Below, piece by piece: positions 1 to 10,610 of a stretch of DNA of 64,000 bases. Made by a program: the position numbers and the translations under genes. Source of the DNA: Paraspadella gotoi (taxonomy: Eukaryota > Animalia > Chaetognatha); the NCBI GenBank assembly GCA_051294375.1, contig CM119263.1, forward strand, positions 2,787,583 through 2,851,582. Reading direction: 5' to 3'. The notes under the pieces were generated by a model. That model searched no databases, was not told where the DNA came from, and saw nothing but the letters and a program-made list of their open reading frames with translations. Position 1 is the first letter of the stretch, and every line of letters begins with the position of its first letter.

Positions 1-386
1 CCCGGTACCTAGTGGTCATGAGCTGATGGCTTTACTCAATGAGCCACCGGGTCACAACTGAAAGCGTCATGATTCTAGGCGGGGTGAACCTAGGCAATGC
101 CCGACAACATGCCCCCCAGATTGTAACCCACCCTGCACTGCTTCCAGTGGAGGGAGGGGAGCAATCTTCAGCTAGACCAAGGGCCTGGAATCAGAAGGTT
201 GGAATACGCTCGACAGGATGGGCTCACCAGTGTGGATAAGGCGCTACGTGGGCTGAAGATGACTGTCCGTAACTTCTATAACCCCCTCTAGCAGCCATGG
301 AACGGGACCCTGGGCTTGGAACCAGGCTTGAGGGTTTGCCATGCCCCCAAGGCGGCTTACGGCCGTCCTCACGCTTCCCGCAGGTA

Positions 387-460
387 GGTAACGGGTTGGG
401 ATTGAACCCGGTACCTAGTGGTCATGAGCTGATGGCTTTACTCAATGAGCCACCGGGTCA
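387..460 (-). ncRNA. tRNA-derived Pol III cassette inside the TRIM LTR (degenerate, CAT at anticodon position)
   Basis: The minus strand reads GACCCGG TGGCTCATTGAG (A-box-like) ... CT-CAT-GA ... CCGGGTTCAATCCC (B-box) with tRNA spacing. Anticodon and acceptor stems pair poorly, so it is not called as a functional tRNA. Confidence 0.7.
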
Positions 461-511
461 CAACTGAAAGCGTCATGATTCTAGGCGGGGTGAACCTAGG
501 CAATGCCCGAC

Positions 512-2253
512 AAGTATGTCATCCTTCAGAATCGCCTCCCCCGGGGGCGCTGCTAGGGGCGGCCCCTCGGGGTGGCCCCCGGGGCGGCCCGGGGGGCAAG
601 CAAATCCTTACTGCCTAGGGGCGGCCCCCTGTAGCCTCTTTTTTTGGGCCCAAGGGGCCACTCCAGAGGGAATCCCCAGGGGCTTGAAAAACCTTTCCCC
701 TGGGGGCTACCCCCAGGGGGATGAATTTGCCTGCCCCTGGAACGACTCTCTCTCCCTCCTATTTCTCTCTCTCTCTCACTCTCTTTCTCTCTTTCTCTAT
801 CTCTTTTCTTTTTTCATCTTTTATTAAAATAAATTATAAAAATCAAAATAATATCTTTCACTTCAATTAATCAATCAATCATAATTTGGAACCAATATGG
901 TCAACTTGCATAATTTAGTCAAATGACATAATTTGGTTAACTGACATAATTTGGTCAACTGATATAATTTGGTCAACTTTTATAATTTGGTCAACTTTCA
1001 TAATTTGGTCAACTTTAACAATTTGGTCAACTGGCATAATTTAGTAATTTTTTGTTATAATTTAGTCAACTTGCATAATTTGGTTAACCTTCATAATTTG
1101 GTAAACTTTCATAATTTGGTCAACTGATATAATTTGGTCAACTTTTAGAATTTGGTAAACTTTTAGAATTTGGTAAACTTTTATAATTTGGTAAACTTTC
1201 ATAATTTGGTCAACTGTCATAATTTGGTCAACTTGCATAATTTGGTCAACTTGCGTAATTTGGTCAACAATCAACTTAACAATTAGCTAATTATTAATTT
1301 CATCTGTAAAAAATAGAAAGAGAGAAAGAGTGAGAAAATTTTTTAATAAAATTCAAGTAAATGTGACTTTTGTTTTTTCTATTAAAACTCACTTTCACTT
1401 ACATACTTTTCTACCCACACACAAAATTTTATTTTAATTCATCTATGAAATTTTAAATAGTAGAATAAATAGTAGGATGGTTTATATTTTAATTCACTTA
1501 TAAAAAAATTAATTAATTAATTAATTAATTAATTATTAATATCAGTCTTTAAGTCCATCCTACATTAGCATTAAACTCAAATTATTCATGATTAGATATA
1601 TGGATTGGAATAAAATCTTGTTAGTGGGTAGAAAAGTGTGTGACTTAGCTAGATATAAAGTTTTGCTCACTTTCTCTCTCAAACCATCAGCCTTTCCTCA
1701 ACAACGTGAGTTCATCTGAGGCAATCTACAAACAATTATTAATTACAAATCATAAATAAAAAAAAATTTTTTCATGTTAACAATAATTTGAAAAAAATAT
1801 ATATTTTTTTTAGTTACATAAAACAAGTCTTGAAAGATAGAGAGAGAGAAAAGATAGAGAGAGAGAAGAAAAAGAAAGAGAGAAAAAGAAACAGATAGAA
1901 AAAAAGAGAGAGAGAGAAAGAGAAAGAGAGAGAGAGAGAGTAACAGACAGGGAGAGATATTCTCAGATACAATAACATTGTCAGAAAGTATATTTTCTTA
2001 TCTAAACTTTGCTCTCTCCTTAACTCGCCCCTGGGGGAGCACTTTTTTGCTCCCCAAGGGGTTACCCCCAGGGGCAGACTTTTTTTGGCCCCAGGGGGCC
2101 GCCCCAGGGGGGTTCCCCCTGGGGCAAACGTTTTGGGTCTATTAGGGGCGCCCCCTCAATGACCATTTTGCTGCTCCCCCTGGAATAGTCTGCCCCCTGG
2201 GGCCGCCCCTAGAGCCGCCCGCGGGGCGGAGGATTTGGGAGATGACATATCTC
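512..2253. mobile_element. Non-autonomous Mutator-like (MULE/foldback) TIR element, ~1.74 kb, 9-bp TSD
   Basis: Left end TATGTCATCCTTCAGAATCGCCTCCCCCGGGGGCGCTGCTAGGGGCGGCCCC matches the reverse complement of the right end, TATGTCATCTCCCAAATCCTCCGCCCCGCGGGCGGCTCTAGGGGCGGCCCC. ~230-bp GC-rich arms, then CT-rich vs GA-rich inner arms. ATGCCCGAC is duplicated at 503-511 and 2254-2262. No transposase ORF. Confidence 0.8.
880..1270. repeat. 18-bp minisatellite (consensus ~CATAATTTGGTCAACTTK), about 20 copies, inside the MULE-like element
   Basis: Visible tandem units; produces the 6-aa periodic spurious ORF 1062-1274. Confidence 0.9.
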
Positions 2254-2292
2254 ATGCCCGACTACAACAACCAGGATTGAGGAATCTCAGAC

Positions 2293-2680
2293 CCGGCGAG
2301 AGGCTTGCAACCATTGAATTAATTTTTTTTTTTGCAAAGGCCTTTCTGACAAGAGCTAGAATCTGAGACCATTTTAACACATTATCATAATATTATGGCT
2401 GACTATTGGATCTGGCCGACTCGGATCCGGCGAGAGGCTTGCAACCATTGAATTAATTTTTTTTGTTTTTGCAAAGACCGTTCTGACTAGAGCTAGAATC
2501 TGCGACCATTTTAACACATTATCATAATATTATGGCTGACTATTGGATCTGGCCGACTCGGATCCGGCGAGAGGCTTGCAACCATTGAATTAATTTTTTT
2601 TTTTTTTGCAAAGACCGTTCTGACTAGAGCTAGAATCTGAGACCATTTTAACACATTATCATAATATTATGGCTGACTAT
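2293..2680. repeat. Tandem triplication of a ~135-bp unit just upstream of the XK-like exon acceptor
   Basis: CCGGCGAGAGGCTTGCAACCATTGAATTAAT(T)n...ATAATATTATGGCTGACTATTG recurs at ~2293, ~2427 and ~2564, nearly identical apart from poly-T length. Confidence 0.9.
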
Positions 2681-2700
2681 TGCCCAAACTCTTTCCCCAG

Positions 2701-4133
2701 AGACTCGCACCCTAAACTCAAAAATAAATTTGTTGGCGCGTCTCGGCATGATCGAATTGCTGTTGGAAGCCTTTCCCCAATTCGTCTTGCAAGGCGTAGT
2801 CAACATACTAATATTGACGGGCGAAATTACACAATTCTGCTATCACCCTAAACTTTTTGGTAAAAAATATTTGAGCAAGAAAGAAGACATATCGGGCCAT
2901 CTGCACAGAGTTTTGGAAGAAGGCCTCTTGGAAAACCTTTCCATCCCTTGCTTGTGCAATGCCCCATCAACGTTTGAAAGATACGAATGCGAGTGGGAGA
3001 TTCAAAACGAGTTTGTGTTGGTTTCAATGGGGTTTTCGTCCTTGACTATTGCCAAGGCAGCCGTGAATTTCAGGTCTGACCACTCCAGGTCCTCGCCACT
3101 CAAATTTATCGATGCCGTCATGAAGCTTTTGGGTCTCGCTCTCTGTATTTCGGGAACGGCGATCTTCGTCGCTGTGGTGGCCATCAACGCCGCCTCCATT
3201 AATTTTTGGTTCATCCTTTTTTTAACGATTGTACCTTTGAAGGTGTTTACTTTATACGAGTTAAAAATCATAATTGGTTGGCTTTGGTCCAACCAGAAAT
3301 TGCTGAATGACATTGATTTGATTTCATCAAAGGATTTCATCTTTCAACTGATTATGATATCTTTTTTAAACATGATTTTTATTTCCTTTAATGCAATGTG
3401 CAGAAGGCATATTGTTATTTACAGTCTGACTATTATTCCTTTTGGGTTACAGCGATTTAATAATAAAGGTCTCCTCCCTAAGATAAATTTGTTTTGGCGC
3501 CATTCATCTGAGGATTTCTATTATTATCAACCAAATGGAATAATCAATTATGACAGATGGAAAAAAGTGAATTTGGTAAATTTTGAATATATGGACGTTG
3601 ATATTAAAGGGAGGGTTGGCCACACCAGGATTATTTGGATGGGAAACTTTAAACTAATCAAGTTCGATTTGAAAATAATTCTATTAGCAGTATTATTAGA
3701 ATTACAGTTTAGTTTTATCTACAACTCTTGGTTTAATTGGTCAAAAAAACGTTTTTTTTGTTCCATTTTATTATTGGTTGGTCACTTAGCATTGTATATG
3801 ATAATGCATATGAATACCTTTTACATTATTCGACAGCTAAATCTAAGTCATTTTTTGAATCCTACTTTTATTAAGTTAACAAATTTTTTTATTTCGAGAA
3901 GTAATTGGAACGTTGATAATGTAACGCTAACTAAAAAAGAAATCAGAACAGTAGTGACCCGATCCATGTGGCGCATATATTCTTGGCAAACTGTGCTACA
4001 AAATTTTTTAGTTACTTACTTACTTATAAACATTTCCTATATTGATACGTTGATGAGAAAAAAATTTAAAGAATCCTCTATAGGTAAAATAACAAAATTA
4101 TTACAATTTTACGCGACTATATTTATTTTTTAA
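2701..4133 (+). CDS. XK-related (Xkr scramblase family-like) multipass membrane protein, large internal/terminal exon
   Basis: 467-aa ORF, open back to the acceptor CTTTCCCCAG|AG at 2700/2701. IELLLEAFPQFVLQ matches the XK-family ExxPQxxLQ signature, followed by SMGFSSLTIAKA and many hydrophobic segments. Upstream exons were not identified. Confidence 0.7.
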
Positions 4134-4797
4134 TTACCCTGTCTCGTTCTGTGTCTTGGAAGAGTGATATATGGAGTTCAGCTAAAAAAAATTAGGGAAT
4201 TTCGTGAGACGATGTAAGCGCAGCAAAAACTTTGATATTCCGAATGTATCGAAAGAAGAGCTATCTATCATTTACATTATTGATAACTTTTTCTTTTTCT
4301 TTGGCTCCTCAATGTTGCCATGTTTTAACTTTATGTTTCGATCGGCGATCGGAAAATGGTCCCGCCATCTTAGACACAAAATGTTATTTAAAGTCTGCTT
4401 CATAATCTGCGTTTCGTTCCTTTACGCTTTAGGCTTTAAGTTTTTGCCTTTTCCGCCCAAGACTTTCCTTAGTGACAAACGAACCAGAAAATTGTTTAAC
4501 GTTTCAAAAACCTTTAATATGCTTGCATCGGCGAGACTGATGAATTATTTCAGGTACCATTCAGAATATTATCCCGTGTTATATGATTCATTTCGTTACT
4601 TGTTGTGGATATTTGATGCGTGCTATTCGAAAGTCAAACTGAATCACAAAAACATAACCCTGATCGAAAAGTACTGGCGTGTCGGTTTTGATGCTTTCGT
4701 AAATCTGTTGGAAGAAACGGTTAAAAAACATTATTCTTTTTTCATGATATTTTTGTTTTTTCCGATGATTTGCTTTATGAGTTTTTTCTCTTCATGA
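4134..4797 (+). pseudogene. Probable disrupted C-terminal continuation of the XK-like gene (in-frame TAA plus a frameshift near an A8 run)
   Basis: After TAA 4131-4133 the frame continues LPCLVLCLGRVIYGVQLKK. Removing one A from the run at ~4184-4191 joins it to the 197-aa hydrophobic ORF 4204-4797, which has the same composition. Confidence 0.45.
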
Positions 4798-5221
4798 TAA
4801 TGTCAACGATTTTATTAATAATTTTACTTTTGTGAGAATGATATGACCCGGAATTATTAGAGTTTCGGCACCTTTTTTGTTTTAAATCTCAATATAAATT
4901 AAACATGAGATTATGATGATGCACTTCTTTGCATTTTTTCATACACACATTTTTTTAAAGTACTTTTTTATAATACAATAAGTCAGTGCGCTTTCAATTT
5001 TAGTTTGTTTTTTTTAAAGGTTTGATGAAAAGCATATCAGAAAGTCTTTTGTTTGACCGTCATAATTTGGAAAGGAACGAGAAGCTTTTTAGCAAAGGAA
5101 CGATTCGGTTGTTCCTAATACAGTTTAATATTTTTATTCCATTAGAAAGTAGAAAAAGCTCTCAAACCGCTTGACTGATTTTGATAAAACTTAAATACGC
5201 ATTGATTCATTTTTTAAAGCC

Positions 5222-6024
5222 TTTTTTAGTCGGATCTGTTTATCAGCAGATCCCGACTCTATAATTCACTTTGTCAGTCAGTCGGCCCGCCCCCTCAATA
5301 TTGTCGGGCACTAACTTATATCATGTCAGAACATCAAATTATGATAAATTATGAAAAAAAATGATGTCCGTTCATCAGTCCGTCCATCCACCAATTACTC
5401 GTGATTGGATGGATGGTTTTGAATAAAATTAAATGAAGTTTTGATGAAATCGTCCGAGTGGAAATAAGTTTAAATAGAAAAAACAAAAAAAATATATTTC
5501 ACTATTTGAATACCAATTGCTCATGAGTGGATGGGGCGATTGACCTGGAATTTTGTATGAGGGTAGGAAAGTGTGTGATTGAGCAGGAAATCAAGTTTTG
5601 ATGGAATCGTTTGAGTGGAAATGAGTTTAAGTGGAAAAAAACAAAAAACCTCTTTCACTAATTGATTATGGTTCTTTTTCCTTTTATATTAAATGTAAAT
5701 GCAGGATGTACTAATAAATCAAATAATTAATCAGTTAATTAATCAATTAGTCAATTAATTAATCAATAATTAATTAATCAGTCAATCAATAAAATCAATC
5801 ATTATCGGCATTGTTCTTATCGTCGTCATTGCTTTTGTCATGATTTGTGACGAAAAGACCTAAAAACAAACATTTGGGATCAAATTAATTAATTAATTGC
5901 CTAATTAATTAATTAATTAATTAATTAGGCAATTAATTAATTAATTTGAATTATTTAATTATTAATTAATTAATTACCGATAATGATCGTGGGCAGATCC
6001 GACATTGTTTTCTCAAACTTGTTT
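5222..6024 (+). mobile_element. Helentron-associated non-autonomous element (HINE/DINE-1-like)
   Basis: T-run flanks; 5' sub-TIR GTCGGATCTG (5229-5238) with local inverted partner CAGATCCCGAC (5247-5257) followed by TCTATA and GTCA/GTCC micro-repeats; 3' sub-TIR CAGATCCGAC (5994-6003); internal ~157-bp direct repeat (5436, 5593). Confidence 0.65.
5880..5949. repeat. Perfect 70-bp AT-rich palindrome built on (TTAA)n
   Basis: TCAAATTAATTAATTAATTGCCTA-(ATTA)n-TAGGCAATTAATTAATTAATTTGA is its own reverse complement. Confidence 0.9.
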
Positions 6025-6122
6025 TTATTTAATTTTTAAAAATATTCTTATGGAACATCTGGATTTTAAAGTTTTAAAGTGGCGCGTTTTTTTGTTTTGT
6101 TTTTTTTTAACATGAATGTATT

Positions 6123-6716
6123 ATGCAATTCGGTTCAATTTTGGTACAACTAAAGGTGCTAAAGGTGGAAAGACGAAAGCGGACGGGGCAAAGCAGTGAA
6201 GAGGAAAGGCGAAGATGAAAGGCGAAGAGGAAAGGCGAGAGGAAAGGCGAAAGTGGAAAGGCGAAGAGGAAAGGCGAAGAGGAAAGGCGAAAGGAAAGGC
6301 GAAAGGAAAGGAGAAGATGAAAGGCAAGAGGAAAAGGCGAGGAGGAAAGGTGAAGATGAAAGGCGAAGACGAAAGGCGAAGAGGAAAGGCGAAGAGGAAA
6401 GGCGAAGAGGAAAGGCCAAGAGGAAAGGCCAAGAGGAAAGGCGAAGTGGAAAAGGAGAAGATGAAAGGCGAAGAGGAAAGGCGAAGAGGAAAGGTGAAGA
6501 TGAAAGGCGAAGACGAAAGGCGAAGAGGAAAGGTGAAGAGGGAAAGGCGAAGAGGAAAGGCAAAGAGGAAAGGCGAAAAGGAAAGGCGAAAAGGAAAGGA
6601 GAAGAGAAGGAGAAGATGAAAGATGAAAGGCGAAGAGGAAAGGCGAAGAGGAAAGGTGAAGAGGAAAGGCGAAGACGAATGGCAACGCGAACAATGTTGT
6701 TGAACGCGGGTCGCAT
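6123..6716. repeat. 13-bp purine minisatellite (GAAGAGGAAAGGC)n bounded by short imperfect inverted repeats (possible MITE); duplicate at ~18028-18693
   Basis: Tandem units 6195-6678. ATGCAATTCGGTTCAA at the left resembles the reverse complement of the right end, ATGCGACCCGCGTTCAA. Confidence 0.7.
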
Positions 6717-7221
6717 TTAAAAAAAATAATTGATGAGGCTATGACAATTAGCGAGCGAGTTAAGCGAGCGAGTTTAGCGTCGCCCGAGAGATTTTATGAC
6801 TTTTTAAGTCATCAACAAAGACATTATATGTTTTTTTCTGACGCTTTGATTTCCATTCGAATGCCCATGAAAACAAAACACGTCCTTGTTTATGGAAGGT
6901 CGTATTTTTATAAGGGTCTTTTGGTTTTTTTGTCTATTTTTTTTTTGTATTTTTGTATTGCGTCTAGAAAACAAAGAAAGGAACTCTTTCTGCGCGATGC
7001 AACACATATTGAATACTAAGCATTTTGTTATATAACAGTTGTTTTTTTTAGTTTCTCGAGCAGGTCAAGTGATAACGGGAGGATCATACGACCATTATTC
7101 TTCGTCGTCATCGTCGTCGTCGTCGTCGTCGTTTTCATTTCGATCAACATTTGCAATGAAGATAAATTATGTCCTGCAGGAACGTAACGTAAAGCCTAAA
7201 TGGACAGGGAGAGAGAGAGGA

Positions 7222-7270
<49 letters not shown>

Positions 7271-7364
7271 CGCGGCCCGTTTGACCAAAGCCTAATCCTC
7301 CCTTTTCTTCTTCGCCTCCATTAATTTCTCTTCGTCACTTTTATCTTCCTTCTTTTCCTATCAT

Positions 7365-7885
7365 AAAAAAGAAAAGACAGGAGAGAAGAAGGAAAGAAAA
7401 GAAAAGAAAAGGCAGGAGAGAAGAAGGAAAAGAAAAGAAAAAGCAGGAGAGAAGAAGGAAAGAGAAGAGAAAGAAAAGAAAAGAAGAGAAAAGACAGGAG
7501 AGAAGAAGGAAAGAAAAGAAACGAAAAAAAGAAAGAAAAGGCAGAAGAGAAGAAGGAAAGAAAAGAAAAGAAAAGAAAAGGCAGGAGAGAAGAAGGAAAG
7601 AAAAGAAAAAAAGACAGGAGAGAAGAAGGAAAGAAAAGAAAAGAAAAGAAAAGGCAGGAGAGAAGAAGGAAAGAAAAGAAAAGAAAAAAAAGGAAAGAAA
7701 AGGCAGGAGAGAAGAAGGAAAGAAAAGAAAAGAAAAAAAGGAAAGAAAAGGCAGGAGTGAAGAAGGAAAGAGAAGAAAAGAAAAGAAGAGAAAAGACAGG
7801 AGAGAAGAAGGAAAGCGAAGAAAAAAAAAGGAAAGAAAAGGCAGGAGAGAAGAAAGAAAGAGAAGAGAAGGAGAACAAGGAAAAA
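7365..7885. repeat. Purine-rich minisatellite (CAGGAGAGAAGAAGGAAAGAAAAG...)n; duplicate at ~19380-20030
   Basis: Variable-length tandem units; source of F/S/L-rich and K/R/E-rich spurious ORFs. Confidence 0.85.
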
Positions 7886-8433
7886 GAATTACCAATAGAC
7901 AGACCGACCAAATATCTTCCATTGAAAGCCGAGTGTGAGAATTGTTGACTTTTTCTCACGCTCGCGCGGATGAGCGTCTTCAGTTTCACCCGAATCGAAG
8001 CGTCTAACGTAAGTTGCAAGAAAAAGAGAAAACTCCTCAAACTTAAGTTGCGCTCGTTTTACGCACATATTATAAAAATTTATAAATGATAAATATAAAT
8101 TTTAGAATGGGAAATTCATATGTGTATGTTTTAAAAAAAATCGGTCTAAGCATTCAAGAGTTATAGCTCCCAAAAGACAAGTGGTCAAAAACATTCGTCA
8201 TTTGAATCGCTTCAAAAAACCTTTTTTGAAGATCTACCTTAATTTATGAGCATTAAATTTTTTTTTTAAATTGTTAATAGGAAATAAGGATTTTTGAAAG
8301 AAAAAACAATATTTGTAACTTTAAAAAAATCGGTTTAATTATTCCAGAGCTACAAGAGGTTAAAAATATTTTAATTTTCTTCTGCTCTGTCATTCTGTTT
8401 GAGTACTTAGCCATGGATTAACCAAATTTATAC

Positions 8434-8944
8434 TATGGTGGACTAAAATCCACCAACCGTTCATCAGCGGCCATTGGTGCCGGAGGCAAGACATTCGCCT
8501 CCCAACCTAAAGGTCATAATTATTGTCTCTTCATTGGAGAGCCCGACTTCCGAACACAACAGCAACAACAACACTTTCAGGCGACATGCCTCAACCTGGC
8601 GATGCACTTTCCGCCAACAACACATCAGGCGACATGCCTCAGCTTGGTGACGCACTTTCCACCAACAACAATTCACTGAAGAGACGCAACAGATTTCTCC
8701 CTACGGGAGGGGGGATGTATGGTGGACTAAAATCCACCAACCGTTCATCAGCGGCCATTGGTGCCGGAGGCAAGACTATCGCCTCCCAACCCAAAGGTCC
8801 GGGGTTCTAGCCCGGTGATGGTCTGGCAGTTAAGAGGGACTTAACCCACCTGTAACACGGTGTTACAGCCTGATCCGAAGCTCAGGGACTGCTTATATTG
8901 AACGGTTCTGTCATTAACACTTATCAATAATTACTGTCTCTTCA
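8434..8944 (+). mobile_element. Complete TRIM family 2 (Helenus-like): two LTRs with tRNA-like cassette, PBS, PPT, 4-bp TSD
   Basis: TSD ATAC at 8430-8433 and 8945-8948. The 5' LTR 8434-8533 (internally deleted) and 3' LTR 8718-8944 share both ends (TATGGTGGACTAAAATCCACC... and ...ATAATTAYTGTCTCTTCA). PBS-like TGGAGAGCCC at 8535; PPT GGGAGGGGGGA at 8705-8715; internal 48-bp tandem duplication at ~8577-8670. Confidence 0.88.
8753..8824 (+). ncRNA. tRNA-like cloverleaf remnant in the 3' LTR (CCC at anticodon position)
   Basis: Acceptor-like stem GGCCATT/GATGGTC, T-arm CCGGG-GTTCTAG-CCCGG (B-box-like), A-box-like TGGTGCCGGAGG, CT-CCC-AA loop with an unpaired anticodon stem. Confidence 0.7.
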
Positions 8945-9899
8945 ATACCAATAAATCTTTTTTCTATCAATATTATTCACTTATAAGATCTTTCATTTTA
9001 AAGGAATATAACTTAATTTATTTTAATAATGTTTTTGGGTGTCCTCTTTTTTTTGCACAGGACTGTATTTATTAAAGTTGAAAATTCCTTTAGAAACTCT
9101 TAAAAACGAGGTTAAAAAATAATGATCAAAAATGGACCGGCCGAAAATTGACTGAGAAAGAGAGAAACGAGGCAAGATATCTTTTACACTGAGACTGAAT
9201 CTGTACACGATGATGTGACGCAATGAAGAAACTAAAACAATTTTAGCATCGGGAGCGACTCTGCTGCGACGCTGCGCCGCTGATATTGGCGATTGCGACT
9301 CTGAAAGGCGTCGCTACTGCGCTGCTGAGACTTTTAGCTTTGTTTATTTTGTTTTTCGTTTTTGTTTTATTGTGCGTAGAAGACAACATAACGTTCAAAG
9401 TTCAAGACGAAAATAAACAACAAAAAAAAAAATTTCCTAATTAAGTCAGAAAAGATATTCTCTGTTTCTGTCTAATTTAAGGAAATAATTACAAGAACAG
9501 TTGTAAGCGAAATCTATATCTTAATTCTCCTTAGCTATTTTTTACAGAATAAAAAACCTAATAACAAAACGAAGAATAAAGACAGAACCAAAAAAACAAA
9601 AAAACAAAAAAAAAAAAGAAACAAGAACAAAGGAACAAAAAGAAAAATACAAAAGGCGCAAAAGAGAACAAAAGGCTTTCGATAGTAAAAAAAAAAGGAT
9701 GGAAAACGAGAAGTGATTGAAGCGACGACGACGACGACGACGACAATGATAACGACGACGACAACGACGACGACAACAACGACGACATCGACGACTCCTT
9801 CGACTAACGATGTGGGAGGAAACTAATTAGCGCCAAAGTATCGGCGCTCCGATGAACACAATGAAGTGAATACCAGAAAGGAGGCGCTTTGGTCACGAG

Positions 9900-9971
<72 letters not shown>

Positions 9972-10434
9972 CGCGTAGGTTTCTCTCCAGAAACGGCCTT
10001 TTGAGACGTGAGCGGCATTTTCCCGATTCTTATTTTCTGTGACATTTTTGTCCCTGGGATTCTTTCGCTTCTCCTGCCCGACCCGAGACCTTTTTCTCGA
10101 TCTCTCTGACTTTCTGCGAAGTCTCGTTTATGCGTGACGTTCCCTAGGATTTCTACGGCGCGCCCACATTTTCAAGAACCGCCCACGAGCGCCTCAATCC
10201 TCTTATCTCTCTTTCAGTCTTTTCCACTGCTTGCATCAGCGAGATAACTTCTCCAATCACCAATCACCATTCACCTTTCACTATTCGTCTCTCATTATTT
10301 TCTTTCCGTTTCTGAGATCTAAAATGATGAGCAAGAAATTGCAGTCGAATTGAGAGAAATCGCTAAGGCAACAGATTAGTAGAGGAAAACTATCATTCTC
10401 ATTATTAATTTTACATAAAAGGTTTAACTTTTAT

Positions 10435-10610
10435 TTTAGTATTTTAGTATTTTAGTAGTTTAGTAGTTTAGTATTTTAGTATTTTACTATTTTACTATTT
10501 TACTATTGTATCGAATTCTTTCGTTTCGTTGTGTTTGAGTTAGGAGAAGAAAAAACGAATTTTGTTTAAAAACCATCGTTGTTGCCAAAACAAAATTCGT
10601 TTTTTCTTCT
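10435..10610. repeat. 8-bp (TTTTAGTA/TTTTACTA)n array followed by a 23-bp-arm hairpin
   Basis: Array 10435-10506; AGAAGAAAAAACGAATTTTGTTT (10545-10567) is perfectly inverted at 10588-10610. Confidence 0.8.

Larger units (their letters stand above)
1..2266 (-). mobile_element. TRIM family 1 (miniature non-autonomous LTR retrotransposon) with tRNA-like sequence in the LTR; 3' LTR runs off the window; 5' LTR interrupted by a TIR element
   Basis: 1-107 is repeated identically at 407-513 (406-bp offset). On the minus strand the 5' LTR is 2266-2254 plus 511-231 (TGT...ACA ends). It is followed by a PBS-like TGGTGAGCCC (229-220), a 121-bp internal part and a G-run PPT (118-110) abutting the 3' LTR start TGTTGTCGGG at 109. 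Confidence 0.8.

Noticed and set aside
250-480. Hammerhead-like words CTGAAGA / CTGATGG ... GAAAGCGTC (and CTGATGA on the minus strand at 8744-8750)
   Set aside because: I could not build stems I-III around a complete core; the tRNA-LTR reading explains the region better.
880-2680. 18-bp and 135-bp arrays as possible CRISPR
   Set aside because: Head-to-tail repeats without unique spacers, eukaryotic context, no cas genes.
6107-8040. Long ORFs rich in F/S/L or K/R/E here and at 16008-16781, 18012-20134, 31241-32119, 36679-37213 and 46733-53739
   Set aside because: Translations of purine/pyrimidine minisatellites and (AG)n tracts, which are stop-poor and open in several frames at once.
8523-8810. 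95-aa ORF inside the TRIM
   Set aside because: Non-ATG start, crosses the PBS, PPT and LTR, and has no gag/pol motifs.
8753-8824. Functional tRNA-Gly(CCC) gene (likewise tRNA-Met at 387-460)
   Set aside because: Anticodon and D stems do not pair, there is no oligo-T terminator, and both are embedded in LTRs.
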